Origin: the human T2T-CHM13v2.0 reference genome, Homo sapiens
Assembly: GCF_009914755.1 (NCBI RefSeq)
Contig: NC_060928.1
Direction: 5' to 3' (one strand)
DNA: 64,000 nt
The notes beneath the pieces are model-generated. The model ran no database searches and was not told the DNA's origin. It was given only the letters and a program-made list of their open reading frames with translations. Below, piece after piece: positions 42,588 to 57,814 of this stretch. A program made the translations under genes and the position numbers. Position 1 is the first letter of the stretch; each line of letters begins with the position of its first letter.

Positions 42588-42933
42588 CAGGCATAACTTG
42601 GAGATGCTGTGAGTTTGTTTCTAGACCCTGGCAATAAAGCAAATATAGCAACAGAACAAGTCAGACAAACTTTTTGATTTCCACTGCATAAAATGTTATG
42701 TTCATAGTATACTGTAGTTTATTGTGTGTAATAGCATTATCTCTAAGGAAGAGATGCACATACCTTAGTTCAAAAACACTTTAATACTAAAAAATGGTGA
42801 CACAGAGACATGAAGTGAGTACATACTGTTGGAAAAATGGCACTGATAGACTCGTTCAATGCAGGGTTGCCACAAATCTTCAATTGGTAAAATACATAAT
42901 ATCTGCAAAGCACAATAAAATGAGGTATGTCTG
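42588..42933 (-). mobile_element. Internally deleted Tigger1 derivative with both terminal inverted repeats, inside an L2
   Basis: CAGGCATAACT... and ...GAGGTATGTCTG termini; left part is the reverse complement of the Tigger1 3' end seen at about 2300-2497. Confidence 0.8.
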
Positions 42934-43484
42934 GACAAACAGACTGTGAGTGCCCTAAGAACAGGGAGTCTCTGTTTTCTGTCTTTTCATAACAAGTACT
43001 AAGATAAAAAAAAACTTATAGACATTCAATAATTATTTCTTTTGAATGTTAGTATTTACATAATCATCATTTTTTGATATTGTTTGTTCTAGTTGAGAAA
43101 AAGTGTCAGATATAATTTGAAAAAAATATGAAGAAGGAAAATTTGGTCTCTTCTCTGTAGACAATGAAATCCCTGATTTTATGTAGAAACATGTAGAGTC
43201 TACTGTGTTGGCTTAATGTTTGAATACACGCTTACCATAGAAGAACTCAGATAGGAAAAGTTTAGGAAAAGTATGACCCATCTTTTATTGAAATGTACAC
43301 TTTAATTCTGTGAAAATATTTCAATGTAAAAGAAATGATGCAAGTAAATCTGCATCCATTCAACAATAAAATCTCTTTTTAGGGCATTACAAAAGGTAAT
43401 GAGGTCAAGCAAGGTAACATGTGAGTTTGTATATAGTTTCAGGATAAGGAGACAACAGAAAATAACAACAAAAAAAAAAAACCC

Positions 43485-43987
<503 letters not shown>

Positions 43988-44648
43988 TTACAAATAGGAG
44001 GGGTTAGTTACATCTACACATCCCAGAACTTTTATACTCCTGGAAGATGGCAGGACAGGCTTATGGCTATTCTTTGACTTTAGCTATTCTGTTTTGGGGG
44101 CTCTGTAGTGAAGATTATCTCTAATCATCAACTTGCTGCTTCAGAAATGTGATTTTCAATCAGGGTTCCTAGGGTGCTGAGAGCTCCTGGATGTGTGAGC
44201 TGTACTTAACGGCAAAGATCTGAGGTCAGAGTTGCTATCTTCCTATGTGTCTCCCGCCCTTGCCTTCCTGCCAGCATCTCTTCACCTTGTCGTGCTTTCA
44301 GAGCAGGAACTGACGCAAATTGGGTGTTGGACTCCCAAGAAACGTGTCACAGCTATTTAGAAAGTGATAATAATCCTAATGCCCTGTAATGATTTGAGGA
44401 TTAAGGAATAAAACTGCAAATATGATGCATGGCATATAAATGTTGAAAGTAGGTGCTTAAATGGAGACAAAATCTGTGAAGGAGACCAACTCATTTGGCA
44501 TTTTCATATTCTTACTATGTTTAGTTCATATCTATATAACATAGAGAAGTGTGGATCCTGCAAACTAAGACATGGAGGGGAATTTCTTTATACCTGCAAG
44601 AAAAAAAAATTATAAAAGACATTGAAACTGACCAAAAAGATTACTAGG

Positions 44649-45257
44649 TGTTGTGCAGAATCCTCAAGATAGCTCCCCCAACATTCAGGTTTCCTAGTTA
44701 TTTGATCAAGCATTAATTCAGGTACTCCCTAGGAAGACATTTTGCAGACGTGAAGTCCTAAGTCAGTTGACCCTAAAATACAGAGATTATCTACATAAAC
44801 TTAATCTAATAAAACCAGCCCTTAAAAGTGGAGAACAGAGAACTTCGTCCACTGGTGGCAGGGGGAGAAACAGAAAGATCCAAAGCAAGAGAAGGACTCA
44901 AAGCTCCATTGCTGGTTTGCAGATAGAGAAGATTAAGTGAGAAGTAATAAGGGTGGTCTCTAGGAGTGGAGAGTGACCATTGACCAATAGTCAGCAAGGA
45001 AATGGGGAACCTCAGTCCTACAACCACATGGAACTGAATTCTGCCAGTAACCTGAATGAGCTTGGAAGGAGATTCTTCCCCAGAGATTCCAGGCAGTAGC
45101 CCAGCCCAGCAACACCTTGATTTTGGCCTTATGAAACCCAGTGGTAAAGGCAGCTGAGATAAGCTAGACACTTGATCTACACTTGATCATAAATGGGTAT
45201 TGTTTTAAGCCACTAACTTTATGGTTATTTGTTACACTGTAATAGAAAACTAATACA
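44649..45257 (+). mobile_element. MLT1E-type solo LTR
   Basis: CAGCAAGGAAATGGGGAACCTCAGTCCTACAACCAC..GGAACTGAATTCTGCCA...AATAGAAAACTAATACA; near-TSD CTAGG/CTTGG. Confidence 0.85.
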
Positions 45258-45311
45258 CTTGGTGTTTTCAATGGACCACTAGGCTTTGTTTAACCACAGC
45301 CATCACAGTTT

Positions 45312-45610
45312 CTTTTTTTTTTTTGAGATGGAGTCTCACTCTGTCACCCAGGCTGGAGTACAGTGGCATGATCTTGGCTCACTGCAACCTCCACCTCCCA
45401 GGTTCAAGCAATTCTCTACCTCAGCCTCCTGAGTAGCTGGGATTACAGGCACCCACCACCATGCCCAGCTAGTTTTTTTTTTTTGTATTTTTAGTAGAGA
45501 TGGGGTTTCACCATCTTGGCCAGGCTGGTCTTGAACTCCTGGCCTGGTGATCCACCCACCTTGGTCTCCCAAAGTGCTGCGATTACAGGCGTGAGCCACC
45601 GCGCCAGGCC
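45312..45610 (-). mobile_element. AluS (Sg-like)
   Basis: Reverse full-length Alu ending GCGCCAGGCC at 45610. Confidence 0.93.
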
Positions 45611-46974
45611 CAGAGTTCTTATTCTGTGAAGTCTCTGTGCCTTTAACTCCCCTTGAGTGAGTGTACAGCTCTGTAAGTTGTAGATAACTGATAACAATAC
45701 AAATATTTTTGTCTATAGATACACACATGAATTTTATCCTTCAGAAATACAACCCCCTTCTGCCCCATGCAATAAACCAGTATTATATTTGTCAGTTCAC
45801 GTTGGCATTACTAATCTGCCAATATGTGAGTGGTACTTTAAATCCTTCTTTGAACCAGTTGTAACATCCATACCATGCTAAAGAGTTAAATAAAATCCTT
45901 GATGTACTTATTTTATATCTGTATAAGAGTCATTATTTTACCCTTTTATAAAACATATCATTTAATAGAGATACATTCAGAGATTTCTAAAATTTACAGG
46001 GCAAGGACTGTTTATTCATCCCAGAGTTTATGTCAAAAAAAGAGCTAAATATTGTACATAAGCTCATCTATTCCTCATGCTAAACCCCTGACCCTGGTAT
46101 GAAGAGTCCCTAATTGAAATAAAGAAACCAAAACTCAGGCACATCACAAAACATACTGTAGAGCACACAGTGCTGGAGTCTTGGAGCTGAGAATTTGGCA
46201 TACTGGAATATAAAGCTACTACTACTTCCGTTGTTCCATAGAGCTTTCCAATGTAAAATGGGGCTCATCTCCTTTCACCCTAACCCAGCATCTCCTCCTT
46301 ATTTCTTCAGTCCATTCTTGATGTGAATATTTTCCTCCTCAGTCAAGTTTGAAAACTTAGAGCCATTTTTGTCCTTTCATTTCCTTTTCTTTCTATATCC
46401 ATTGGTTATCAAATGCCTTAAGTTCAGCATCTACCATCTCTTGTAGCCTCTTCCTCTTTCTGTTTCTGCTACTATCATCTGAGTTTCTTCTCACACTAAT
46501 AGCAGCTCAAATAGGCAAACAGGACCAGATCTGAGTTTTGGGAGTTTGGCACTTTTACAATTTTAGAGGGCCATCTTTAGGGAAAAAAAAAAATAGTAAT
46601 ATGAATACAAAATGAAACATTTATTCAGAATGAGAAAATAAGCCACAAGAAATCAACAATCTTAGAACTTCTTATTTCTTTGTTTTGAGATCTCTGATGG
46701 CAATTTACCAGAAATTTTTACATACAGGTGATTCCTGACTGTAACTCAAAACCCTTCCCCGCTCTAAACTCCCTGCAACTCCACCTACTCACAGGGGCCA
46801 TGCAAAGAAGTAACCCTAATACTCAGGCTTCCGTAGCTTTAGAAACTTAGAGTCTCTACTATCAATTCTTTTTCCATTTTTAGTAAAGGAAATAAATTAA
46901 GCAATGGAAGGTCTAACAAATTATTCAGAGTTTCATGGAGGTGGGGAGAGGTTACGAACCTGGGACGTTTTAAA

Positions 46975-47105
46975 CACTCAGATTCCTGAATTATAACCCA
47001 ATATTCTAAATAAAAACCTGAGGACATCTGTATTTTTACAAGGCTCCACAGGTGAAATGGATGCAACTGACCTATGAATTACAAATTTGAAAACCACTGC
47101 TCTAG
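46975..47105. mobile_element. MER5-type MITE
   Basis: ATCTGTATTTTTACAAGGCTCCACAGGTGA...TTTGAAAACCACTG. Confidence 0.6.
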
Positions 47106-47719
47106 CTCAACTGCATGAAAAGTGACCTGATCCTCTGTCTCCAAAGGTTAAAGCTTTCAGAGTGCAACAGAGTCCTCCAATATTTCCTGGGCACTGTGGT
47201 CTGTACAATGCAAAATTCAGAAGCTATAAAAAATGGAGGTGAAAAGGGCCCTGATTAAAGACTGAAACAGAAGCAACTGCTTTTCTCTCTGTGCAGCTAC
47301 CATACTGGTCTTGATTCAAGTAAAGCAATGTGCCTGATGAGAATCACTGAAGCACAGAAAATGGTCTGGTACTGAGAGATGAGCAAATGAATCCCAAGTA
47401 TCAGGAGTACACAGGACCAGAAAAGAAGTATTTCCAATACCCACGCCTGACTAAAGATTTCACTAGCCTCTTAGCTCAAAGGGACAATAGATAAACATCA
47501 GGTCTACACTGCAAATTTGCCTGCATATTAATTATAATTTATTTCTTCTATCTTTGTCCTTGCATTAGACTGTTTAATTCCGTGTATGAATTCATTTTGA
47601 AGTGTAGAGTCCATCGTTCTCAGTAATTAGCTTTACAAAGTCTATCATCGAAAATATTGTTTTAGATTCTTTGAATACAGATTCTATGAAAGAGAAAAAT
47701 CCTTAAAAGTGGGAGACTC

Positions 47720-48018
<299 letters not shown>

Positions 48019-48639
48019 GTGGAAGACCAATAAGAATTATTCAGATTCTACTGGCCAGAGCAGGAAGCTCAGCTACCAGCATTTATCTTTAGACTCCTAC
48101 CACATATGATTGCCCCAACTGAAACACAGGTCAGAGAGTCTGCTGTACTTCTAAAGTGATGAGAACAAATCTTCCTGTCACTTTATGTCACAGTCATACA
48201 GTTCCCGAATAGCAACCCATAGATAGAGCCCTTGGCAAATTTGTTATCAGCGGTGTGTGTTTACACACATCAAGTGTCTGGGAAATAAAGAAAAAAAGGA
48301 AAATATTGACAGTGTAGAGGATGTTCTTTCTTCTGGAAACTCATAAGATTTTGAAACACAGCTGAATATTTTGAACATACCTTTATGTTCAAAATAAATT
48401 AGGAAATGATTCAATACTAAGCATAATTGAAGTCATAGAAAAGCATTTTTTATTCTTTTGCTCTATTAAGACACATTTCATTGTTTCTCATGGTTACTGA
48501 GTGGTACATCGCTGTATATACATATTTATATAAGTATATTAGATGTACCTTTTGTGTGTGTATGTATATGTATATATATGTGGGGGGCATATATTTATAT
48601 ATATTTATAGCAACATATACTGTATACTTCTACACACTT

Positions 48640-49053
48640 TGCTCTCCGTCCTGGGAGGTGGACCAGAAGGGTTAAAAAGTGCCTGTGTCCTCTGGCTTCC
48701 GGTTGGGCTCAGCCTAGGGAGTGCCTGGCCTGAGCTGGAGGGAGGTGAGGTATTCAAGATCCCTCCCTGAGGCTTGGCTGCAACTGGGTAGGGTACACTC
48801 CTTGACCAAAGGCTACAGTTCCATTCCTTGGACCTATCTACCCGATGCCCCCACCCCCAAACCTGGGTTCCAATAACTTCCCTCTTCACTCCTTCAGTTC
48901 TCGGGGAGGCCCAGTTTGCACTGCTGTTGCCAGCCAGAGAGACCGTAGCTTTCCTTATGGTTTCCCTACAACCTTTGTAAATAGTTCCTTTATTAAACTC
49001 TTTTCAAATTACCCAATTTGTGTGATCCGTATCTTCCTGACTTGGACCCTGAT
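48640..49053 (+). mobile_element. LTR33-type ERVL LTR
   Basis: CCTCTGGCTTCCGGTTGGG...ACCTTTGTAAATAGTTCCTTTATTAAACTC...CTTCCTG...GGACCCTGA. Confidence 0.75.
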
Positions 49054-49259
49054 ATTTTTACTGAATATTGACTAGTAAGTGTATTGCTCATGAACTGAAC
49101 TGCTTCAGAGTTGTTGAGCTCCTAACACATAATTTATTATTTTTCTTTATTATCAAAGTTTTTAAAAATGTATTTACTCCTAATTTCTTTCAAAAATAGA
49201 TTTATGACAGGAATTATTTTGATGTTATATTCCAGGCCATTAAAAGCATCAAGTACTTT

Positions 49260-49571
<312 letters not shown>

Positions 49572-50829
49572 GTTCAAGTACTTTGGGAATAATAGTAAGA
49601 GGAATTAAAAAAATCAAGTACTATTTTTATGAATTCTGGGCATTTTCCCCTCCAAATCATAGACCAAAGACTACTCAATGAATACTCAGTGAATCTCTTC
49701 ATGTTATGAAAATCAGGAAACTGCTGCCTAATGGCTTAACCTTTGATGTAATGATTTTCGCTCAGTAGCTTAAATCTATGACAATGTTCATATTTATTGA
49801 ATTCTACTCTTTGCCTTTAGGCTAAGGAACTATATGCTTTATGACATTGTATATTATAAAGAACAATCTATACCAAAATAACAACCTTCAGAGAACAAAA
49901 AACAGAGGATGCTGGAGTCAGCAATTGCTAAGATACTGGACAGACAGCAAGGTGAGTAATGGAGTTAATAATCTGGAATATGGAATACTGACACTACTAA
50001 AACCATATTTGGGTGACTAAATTAACGCCACACTTCTCATCCACCTACATAATGTTTACGCATCCAATGATGATAGTTACGTTTATCCAATGTCAAGGCA
50101 TGCTTACACCGTTCTGACATATAATACCTTTACCAAATGCTAATTATTTTATTAATTTAAAAAATATTTAAATATAAGAAGTGAAATTCCACTGTCAAGA
50201 TGCATTATTCATTGTTTTTCCTGTATCAGTTCAAAAAATATTATTCTTAAAAAAGAACTGGACCAAATTCCAACTGTGATACTACAGAAGAAAAAAAAAA
50301 AAGCTGAAGTAAACAACATTAAGAAAGGCCAAGTAAAGTGACAAATCACAGCAAATAACAATTTATCCCTACTGAAAAGGACAGCACAATTCAATTTGCC
50401 AAATCATTTTATTTATCTCTGAGTGGCAATATGAATGATCAATCTGTTTTGATGAACACTAAAACTTTGCTGAATGAAAAACTGTGCTGCCTTTAACATG
50501 TCAAATTTAGGTACAGTAAAAGAAAATGTGAATTAAATTGGCTTTGAGTATACAGCATTAAAAGATAAATTGCTAGCTTAGAAATATCTTTCCCAGTAGC
50601 TTTATTTGAACCAAAATATTTTGCTTAGGAGGAATTACATAAGTGTGCAATCTATATAATAATTATTTCTTGGTCCCTAAATTTGAAATGTTCTCAAAAG
50701 CCTAAATGCAGAAAAAGGCTAAGAAGATTATATGAAGAGAAAGATCTGGTTTGATCAAAGACTTTGGCTGTGAATTAGAGAGGGTTTTATAGTTTTGGGA
50801 TAAACAATTTAGCAAAACCCTGATATTCT

Positions 50830-51200
50830 TTCTTCCTTCATGCATTTATGCATTTAACTGTTTGTTAAAATACTCCTATGTGCAAAGTTTGTCCTAGGAA
50901 GTGGGAATTAAATATTGAAAACTCTCTGTTTTCAATAGCTCCAAAAACCACATAACTGGAGCTTTAGGACCCATCTTGTGGCTCCTGGAAAATGAATTTT
51001 AAATTGAATCCTGAGAGATTAGTAGGAGTTATCTAGGTGAACAGAGAAGGGTCTCAAGTGAAAAAGCTTCCAGGGAGACAGCAATGTCTGCAGAAGTCTA
51101 GAATGAGAAGACGCAGGACCATTCTAGGAGTTCCGAGAAGTTGATTTGGTGAAAGCAAATATGTTAAGTTTTGAAAAAGGACATGGTTGACATAAGGCGA
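50830..51200 (-). mobile_element. L2 fragment
   Basis: CATTTATGCATTTAAC...CTATGTGCAAAG..GTCCTAGG; TGAATCCTGAGAGATTAGTAGGAGTT...CCAGGGAGA. Confidence 0.6.
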
Positions 51201-52947
51201 GACCAGAAAAAAAATTTAGAATGTTGAGGTGAAAAAATTATACTGTATTAGTAATTAGTCCCAGAATCCCTGTTAGGAAGGAAGCTTTGGTTACGAACAT
51301 ATCCTAACTTTTAGTCCAGAGGCAAGACTAAGGAGAGTATAATGAAGTAAAGAAAAGAGGACGATGAGTTGCTCTGCATTGGAAATGAACAGGGATCTAT
51401 GGTTTGGGGACACTGGAAAAATGAGAAAAGGGGAAATAAAAAAGCAGGAATAAAATTATAAAGGGAGGACAAAGGAATTATAAAAACATGGATTTTAAGT
51501 TATTTGTTTCACTGTGTTGGAAATGTCCTTTTATAACACCCTAATAATATTCAGTACTAGCTACCACAAAGACAAAAGAGAGAAATGCATTTGTAGTGTT
51601 TTGTTTTTATTTGTGGAAATACAAGTTCTATATCTGTTGTCATATCAGGGCAATGATAGAATTGCCTGTCACGGTCAGTACGTAGAGTCAAATGTTATTC
51701 AGCAAAGAGAGGATGACTCTAGCACTTGCAGACCCCTTGGAGATGGTATGAGACTTTTCACAGGGCAGTGTGCAGGGATTGGAGCCAATCTTCTAGTTCA
51801 AAGGAGCATGGAGTTCCAGCAAACACATAGGGTATGTAGAACTCCAGAAAGTTTGAGACTGATTTAAGGATAATGGGAGTGTTAATGAGGGTAATGCTTG
51901 GCTCCATTTGTCATCTGGATACACTGTACCAATGGCTGAGAGGGAGGCAGGACTGAGGCAGAGAGGCCAGTTAGGAAAGCAAGTATGTTGGGTCACTTGC
52001 AAAGCCACCATTGATTCTGATGTTCTGGGATGGCTCCCCTGACTGTGATCTCAGTTCACCTGGTTCCAACCTGGGGACACAGACCAAGTACTTAGACCTT
52101 AGTCAAAGACATTACCCCTGTCTTAGAGGAGGGAGTGATAGAGTTGGGTGATTATGTGTGTGTTTGCATGTATGCATTGGAGGAGTTTATAAGCATAAAG
52201 GGAGCAAGAAATATCAACATGGCTCAAGTGGTTATTCCTCTAAGACCATTTGTGAGTATAAAATTGTGTGTGTGGTTACCCACACAATAAGAAATTGATG
52301 AGAACTTAATTGAATCAAATTAGAAATTTACTAGCCCCACATTCTGTAATTCTGCCCTGGCAGAAAAATGGACCTAAATTCAGACTATCGGTCTTAATAT
52401 GCATCTAATGAAGAAGTTTGAAATAAAGGCAATCTGCTGACTTGGGTGCTTTGAAAAAAGAAAGGACTCAAGTTGGCCATTATTTCTTGTTAATCAACAC
52501 AGTAGTTAATGAATATAAAATTTACATCCTTGTTACAGTAACATTTAAGTTACATCTTTCAACCCATTTTGTATCTTGTTATCACTCAGTTTTGTTTCTG
52601 TCTAAAAATCTACTTGCTAGAAGGGAAAAAGAGCCTTTCTATAATATTAGAAGATTTATTTAAATAGTTCTAAGGACTATGGACTGTAAACTTAAAATTA
52701 ATAATGTTTGCCAAAGGAAATACCTGTGTTAGAAGACTTGTGAAAGAAACCTTTGTTCTTTCACACAAGAGTTAAGTGTAGCTTGTCATAGGAGGTGGAT
52801 TTTAGCCATAAATCCTAGTGACACTGATATCATCAATCGAGTCCTAAGTAACTCTACCTGTATAAGAAAATCATGATTTTATTAAAATTACAACGGTAAC
52901 TAATGACTTCCACAGTTTCCCACAATCACATCAGGCCTTTACCTCCC

Positions 52948-53006
52948 TTAGTCTACTTGGGCTGCCATTAACTAAATACCATAGAATGGATGTCTTCAAC
53001 AAAAGA

Positions 53007-53044
<38 letters not shown>

Positions 53045-53320
53045 CTGGAGCCTGAGAAGCCCAACATCTGAGTGCTAGCATGGGTGAGATCTGGTGTGGC
53101 CTCTCCTGCTTTGCAGATGGCTGTCTTCTCTCTGTGTCCTCACACGGTGATGAGATAGAGAGCAAGCTCTTTGGTTTATAGGGGGACCAATCTTGTACAA
53201 GGGACCCACCTCCATGAGCCCATCTAAAACAAATTATCTCCCAAAGGCCTCATCTATCATCACATTGAGGATTAGGGCTTCAGCATATTAATTTTGAGGG
53301 GCACGATTCAGTCCACAGCC
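52948..53320 (-). mobile_element. MLT1A0-type solo LTR with an internal T-run
   Basis: TTAGTCTACTTGGGCTGCCAT...GCAGATGGCTGTCTTCTCTCTGTGTCCTCAC...CTCCCAAAGGCC...ATTCAGTCCACAGC. Confidence 0.85.
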
Positions 53321-53558
53321 CTCCCTCTGTGCTTGTATCACTGCTTTTTCTTCCTTGCTGTGAATGAACTGAATGGTATGGGCTTTTATCTAAGGACACC
53401 CTCTAGCCTTGTGCATAGGCTCTGAAAAGTTCTCCTTGCACAGGGACAACATTGTCGGGACTTAGCCCTTTTTCTCCTCCATGCTCAAATTTCACTTTTC
53501 TGTTAGATCAGTTCCAACAGCCTGCACAATACTGTAAATACTTCTATATTGAAGATTA

Positions 53559-53913
<355 letters not shown>

Positions 53914-54246
53914 TTACTGTCTAATTTCTTCACTTTTCATTAGAGCCACTCATCTAATGTGTCTATATTCACTATCTCTAACTTCTTTTCTTCCATTCTC
54001 TCATTTTTTAAAAATAAATAAGATCATTATACAAAACTCAAACAACATAGGAAAGCAAAGGAAGTCTTGCTTCTATCACTGCCCCACCAAACTCATAATA
54101 CAAGCCATTTTTTTTTTTTGGTTTCTAATTTCTAATTCTTTCCACTTTTCTAATGCAGACATCAATATACTGTATAGGCTTGTCTGCAGTTTGTTTGTTT
54201 TTACTCAGATATACCCAGGAGATTTTCCCACTGTCATTATTTAAAG

Positions 54247-54579
54247 AATGAGTCCCCAATCCCCAGGCCACAGACTGACAGGTCCTGGTCCGTGGCCTGT
54301 TAGGAACTGGGCTGCACAGGTGGAAATGAGCAAAAGCCAGCGGTGATTATTATCACCTGAGCTCCGCCTCTTGTCAGATGAGCCGCGGCATTAGATTCTC
54401 ATACAAGAGCGAAGCCTATTGTGAACTACGCATGCGTGGGATCTATGTTGGGTATTCCCTGATGATCTGAGGTCGAACAGTTTCCTCTCGAAACAATCCC
54501 CACCCCCCAACCCTGTCTGTGGAAAAATTGTCTTTTCCACAAAACTGGTCCCTGGTGCCAAAAGGGTTGGGGACCACTA
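54247..54579. mobile_element. MER1B (hAT-Charlie) with an intact 8-bp TSD
   Basis: GTCCCCAA..CCCCAGGCCACAGAC...CTGGTCCCTGGTGCCAAAAGGGTTGGGGACCACT; TSD ATTTAAAG at 54239-54246 and 54580-54587. Confidence 0.92.
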
Positions 54580-55040
54580 ATTTAAAGAAGTTCTTCATTC
54601 TTTAATTTTACAATGGCTGTGAATGGTCATCATTGATTCAACTATTCCTTACTTGCTGGACATTGGGTTGTTGCCATTACAAACAATATCCTAATTAACT
54701 CCTTAAACACATGGCATTTGATATTTGCACAGGTGTATGCACAGGCTAGACTCCTAGTAGTAGAATTGTTGGCTCAAAGGGTAAATACATCTATAATTTA
54801 TTTCATACAATACTGCCAAATTTCCTTCCGTAGGAGTTGCACCATTTTCAAATGTCACAAAGCAACATATAAAAGTATTTATTTTCCTGAAACCTTGCCA
54901 GCTGAGTGTATTTTCATATTTTGTATAGATAGATGACAAAAATTGTATTTTCAGTGTTATTTTAATTTGCATTTCTATTATGAATGACATTGAGCACTTT
55001 TTCTATGTGGTTAAAGGGCATTAGTATTTCTTTGTTAATT

Positions 55041-55109
55041 CTCTCTCTGTCCCTCTCTCTCTCTCTCTCTTTATATATATACATATATATGTGTATATTT
55101 ATATATATA

Positions 55110-55146
<37 letters not shown>
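55041..55146. repeat. Compound (CT)n(TA)n(TG)n(TA)n microsatellite
   Basis: Read directly from the sequence. Confidence 0.9.
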
Positions 55147-55809
55147 GCTTTACTTGCTTTTCTATGAATTGTTGGTTCTTCTCAATTTCTTATAGCTCTC
55201 TATATACTAAACAAATTATCCCATTGTCTGGACAACAACATGCAAATCATAAATCCATCTATATTTTGCTTATCTTGAATCTGGCTTCCTAGAACCTTTG
55301 GAATTCTGGGAAAACCCCAGATTCAAAAAGAGCTTAGAAACACATATTTTACCACCTCTTGGGAGCTAAAAGTACAGCTCCTTGAGCACTCAGTCATGTA
55401 AACATGACTACAAAAAGCCAAAGGTACAAAATCACACATCATGAGTTCTTTCATCAGGTATATCCACTCAGTACCCACCATGGGTGGTCAGGTAGTGCTC
55501 TAAGTATCAGAGACTTACAGCCAAACACCCACACCGTAACTCAAGGATTTACACTGGTCACCAAATTGAAGGGCCAGTTAGTAGTTAAAAAAAAAATGGA
55601 AAAAAAAGGTAAGAAATACATTGACTGGCTTGCAGTACAAAAAAAAGAAATTATCCTATTGCTGTGATGATGAATTGCATCATCTCCATTATTCTTCGAA
55701 TTTATTGCAATCAAGTTGTTTGCCCTTATATATACTAAAATTTTCTTTGTCAAGATCAAACATGACTTCTATGTAGCCAATTCTAATATCAATTCTCAGT
55801 TCACCACTA

Positions 55810-55950
55810 AGTGATAAATGGTTTACATGATGGATACCCCAGTTACCCAGATTGGATCATCACACATTGTATGCTTGTATCAAGATATCACATAAATGAC
55901 ACAAATATGTATAACTATTATGTATTCATAAAAATAAAATATTAAAAACT
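55810..55950 (+). mobile_element. L1MA-type 3' terminal fragment
   Basis: TGATGGATACCCCAGTTACCC...CACACATTGTATGCTTGTATCAA...ATAACTATTATGTA. Confidence 0.75.
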
Positions 55951-56199
55951 AAATCCCCCACAGAAACTTAAGGTAAAACGATTCCCAGAGTATATGCTGA
56001 ATGGTCATTATTTATTGTATCTTCAACCCATTTCTGAATCATGCCCAGCTCTTATGTTATAGCACATTTTCATTGCACAACCCCTGTGTCATCCTCTATT
56101 GCTAGGATTCTCATTTCATTCATGTTGGAACAGTGACCTAAAGAGCTTAAATGTGCCATTATCAGATCTGCAATGGAGATGAACACTTGCCTATGCAAC

Positions 56200-56897
56200 A
56201 TCCATCTTTGTTTATAATAAACCACCATTTATATTAAAAGTGATAATCTTCCCAATTAAATATTCCATATTTCCCAATATGATACAGCTGAATCTAGTCC
56301 TCTGGGAAAATTTAATCTATGGTATGTTAGAAGTGATGTGTGGGACTTTACCAAAGCTCTTTAAATGGAACTCCTTCAGCTGAGAGTCATGCCCTCCTTG
56401 ACTTTTCCTCTTTTTGTCTTTCTGCTACCTGGAATGTAAGCATAATGGCTGGAGCTCCAACAGCTGTGTTTGACCATGAGCTGAACTTGTGAGTAAAAGC
56501 TATGTTCTAGGACAGGGGTTTCCAAACTTTCTGTAACCGACAAAATAAATATTTTAGGCTTTATAGCCCACACTTGCTCTCTTTCATATTTTTCTATTTT
56601 TGCTTGATCTTCTTTTTATATACTCCTTTAAAAAGAAAAATAAAATTTTTAATTTTGCAGTCCCTACAAATGCAGTCTGGGCCAGATATGCCTGTGAGTC
56701 CTAATTTACTGAGTCACCTTACTGTAGGATGGTGGGAGAGAAAGATTAGAGAGTGCCTCATGACAGCAGAGCTGGCATGCCAGCCCTATTTTGCGTACCT
56801 CCAGACTTCCTTTATGAGAGAGAAATTAATATCCATCGGTTTAAGCTACTGTTACTTTGTGTTTTCTATTATGTGCAGATAAATGAATCCTAACTGA
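56200..56897 (+). mobile_element. Old MLT1 (J/K-like) LTR interrupted by MER58 (about 56513-56715)
   Basis: ATGGCTGGAGCTCCAACAGC...ACCTCCAGACTTC..TTATGAGAG...TTTAAGCTACTG...AATCCTAACTGA; MER58 CAGGGGTTTCCAAACTTTCTGTAA...TAAATATTTTAGGCTTT. Confidence 0.7.
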
Positions 56898-57814
56898 TAA
56901 ATGGCCTTCGAAGGAAATGTACATATTGCCTCTGCCAAGGAACCTTAGAAGACATTATTTTAAGGAGAAATACTATAAATACAAAAGCATGTAAATAGGA
57001 GAAAATTTCAAGGGCATATTTACAAGAGAAGGTTGAAGTGAAGAATCTTCTCTGGAGGGTATGGAAAGACGTTTTGATAAATATTATTCCATTGATATGT
57101 CAGGTGAAGCTAGTTGATTGCAGTCCTGGGAGTGAGGAGGAGCAGTTTGAACTTGATTCATTAGTTAATAAAGAGCTATTGGACGTTCTTAATCCTAGTG
57201 AGGGCATAAGAAAGCCATCATTCGGAAGGAGTCACTTGTCAGTAATATAGTCTGGACTGGAACACGGAAGCTCTATGCTGGTGATCCTGGAGGGCTGAAT
57301 CTCAAAAGTTTGAAATGACAATAGAAAGAAAAAGTTGATTCTGAGAGATGTTACCAGGTAGGGGCAGAATGAGTGGACTAGCATTTGTTAGATAAATGCA
57401 TGTAAACGTTGGCAGAGGAGGGAAGAGTTGGCTATATCTGCAGGTAATAAATTTCTGCTCTTATAATGTTTATAACTATTTTTGCTCCCTTGCTTATCTA
57501 TCTATTATTTTCTATATTGTACACTTATTTCAACAGAACAATTCATGCTTCAACCCTCGAAAAATTGTCATTGGACACAACTTTATACCACTTAGCTGAG
57601 TTTCCTAATCTCTTTCAATAAATAGGTAAGCACAGAACCCCAGTTGTAGCTAAAGATTCTTGAATTTATTCAGGTCAATATATTGATTAAGTAATAATAA
57701 TAATAACTCACAATTTTTAAGAGCATGGTATTTGACAGATGTTACAGACTACATAGATTCTGTGTTGTCTTCATAAGAATCCTATTAGATGGCAGCTGTA
57801 CACAGTCAGCTTCA

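Larger units (their letters stand above)
54000..55250 (-). mobile_element. Ancient L1M fragments
   Basis: GGACATTGGGTTG...GAATTGTTGGCTCAAAGGG...ACTGCCAAAT...TTTAATTTGCATTTC, reverse of the ORF2 3' end. Confidence 0.7.

Noticed and set aside
52737-52769. 10-bp stem TGTGAAAGAA/TTCTTTCACA
   Set aside because: Too short for a structured RNA; bacterial-type terminators are not relevant here.
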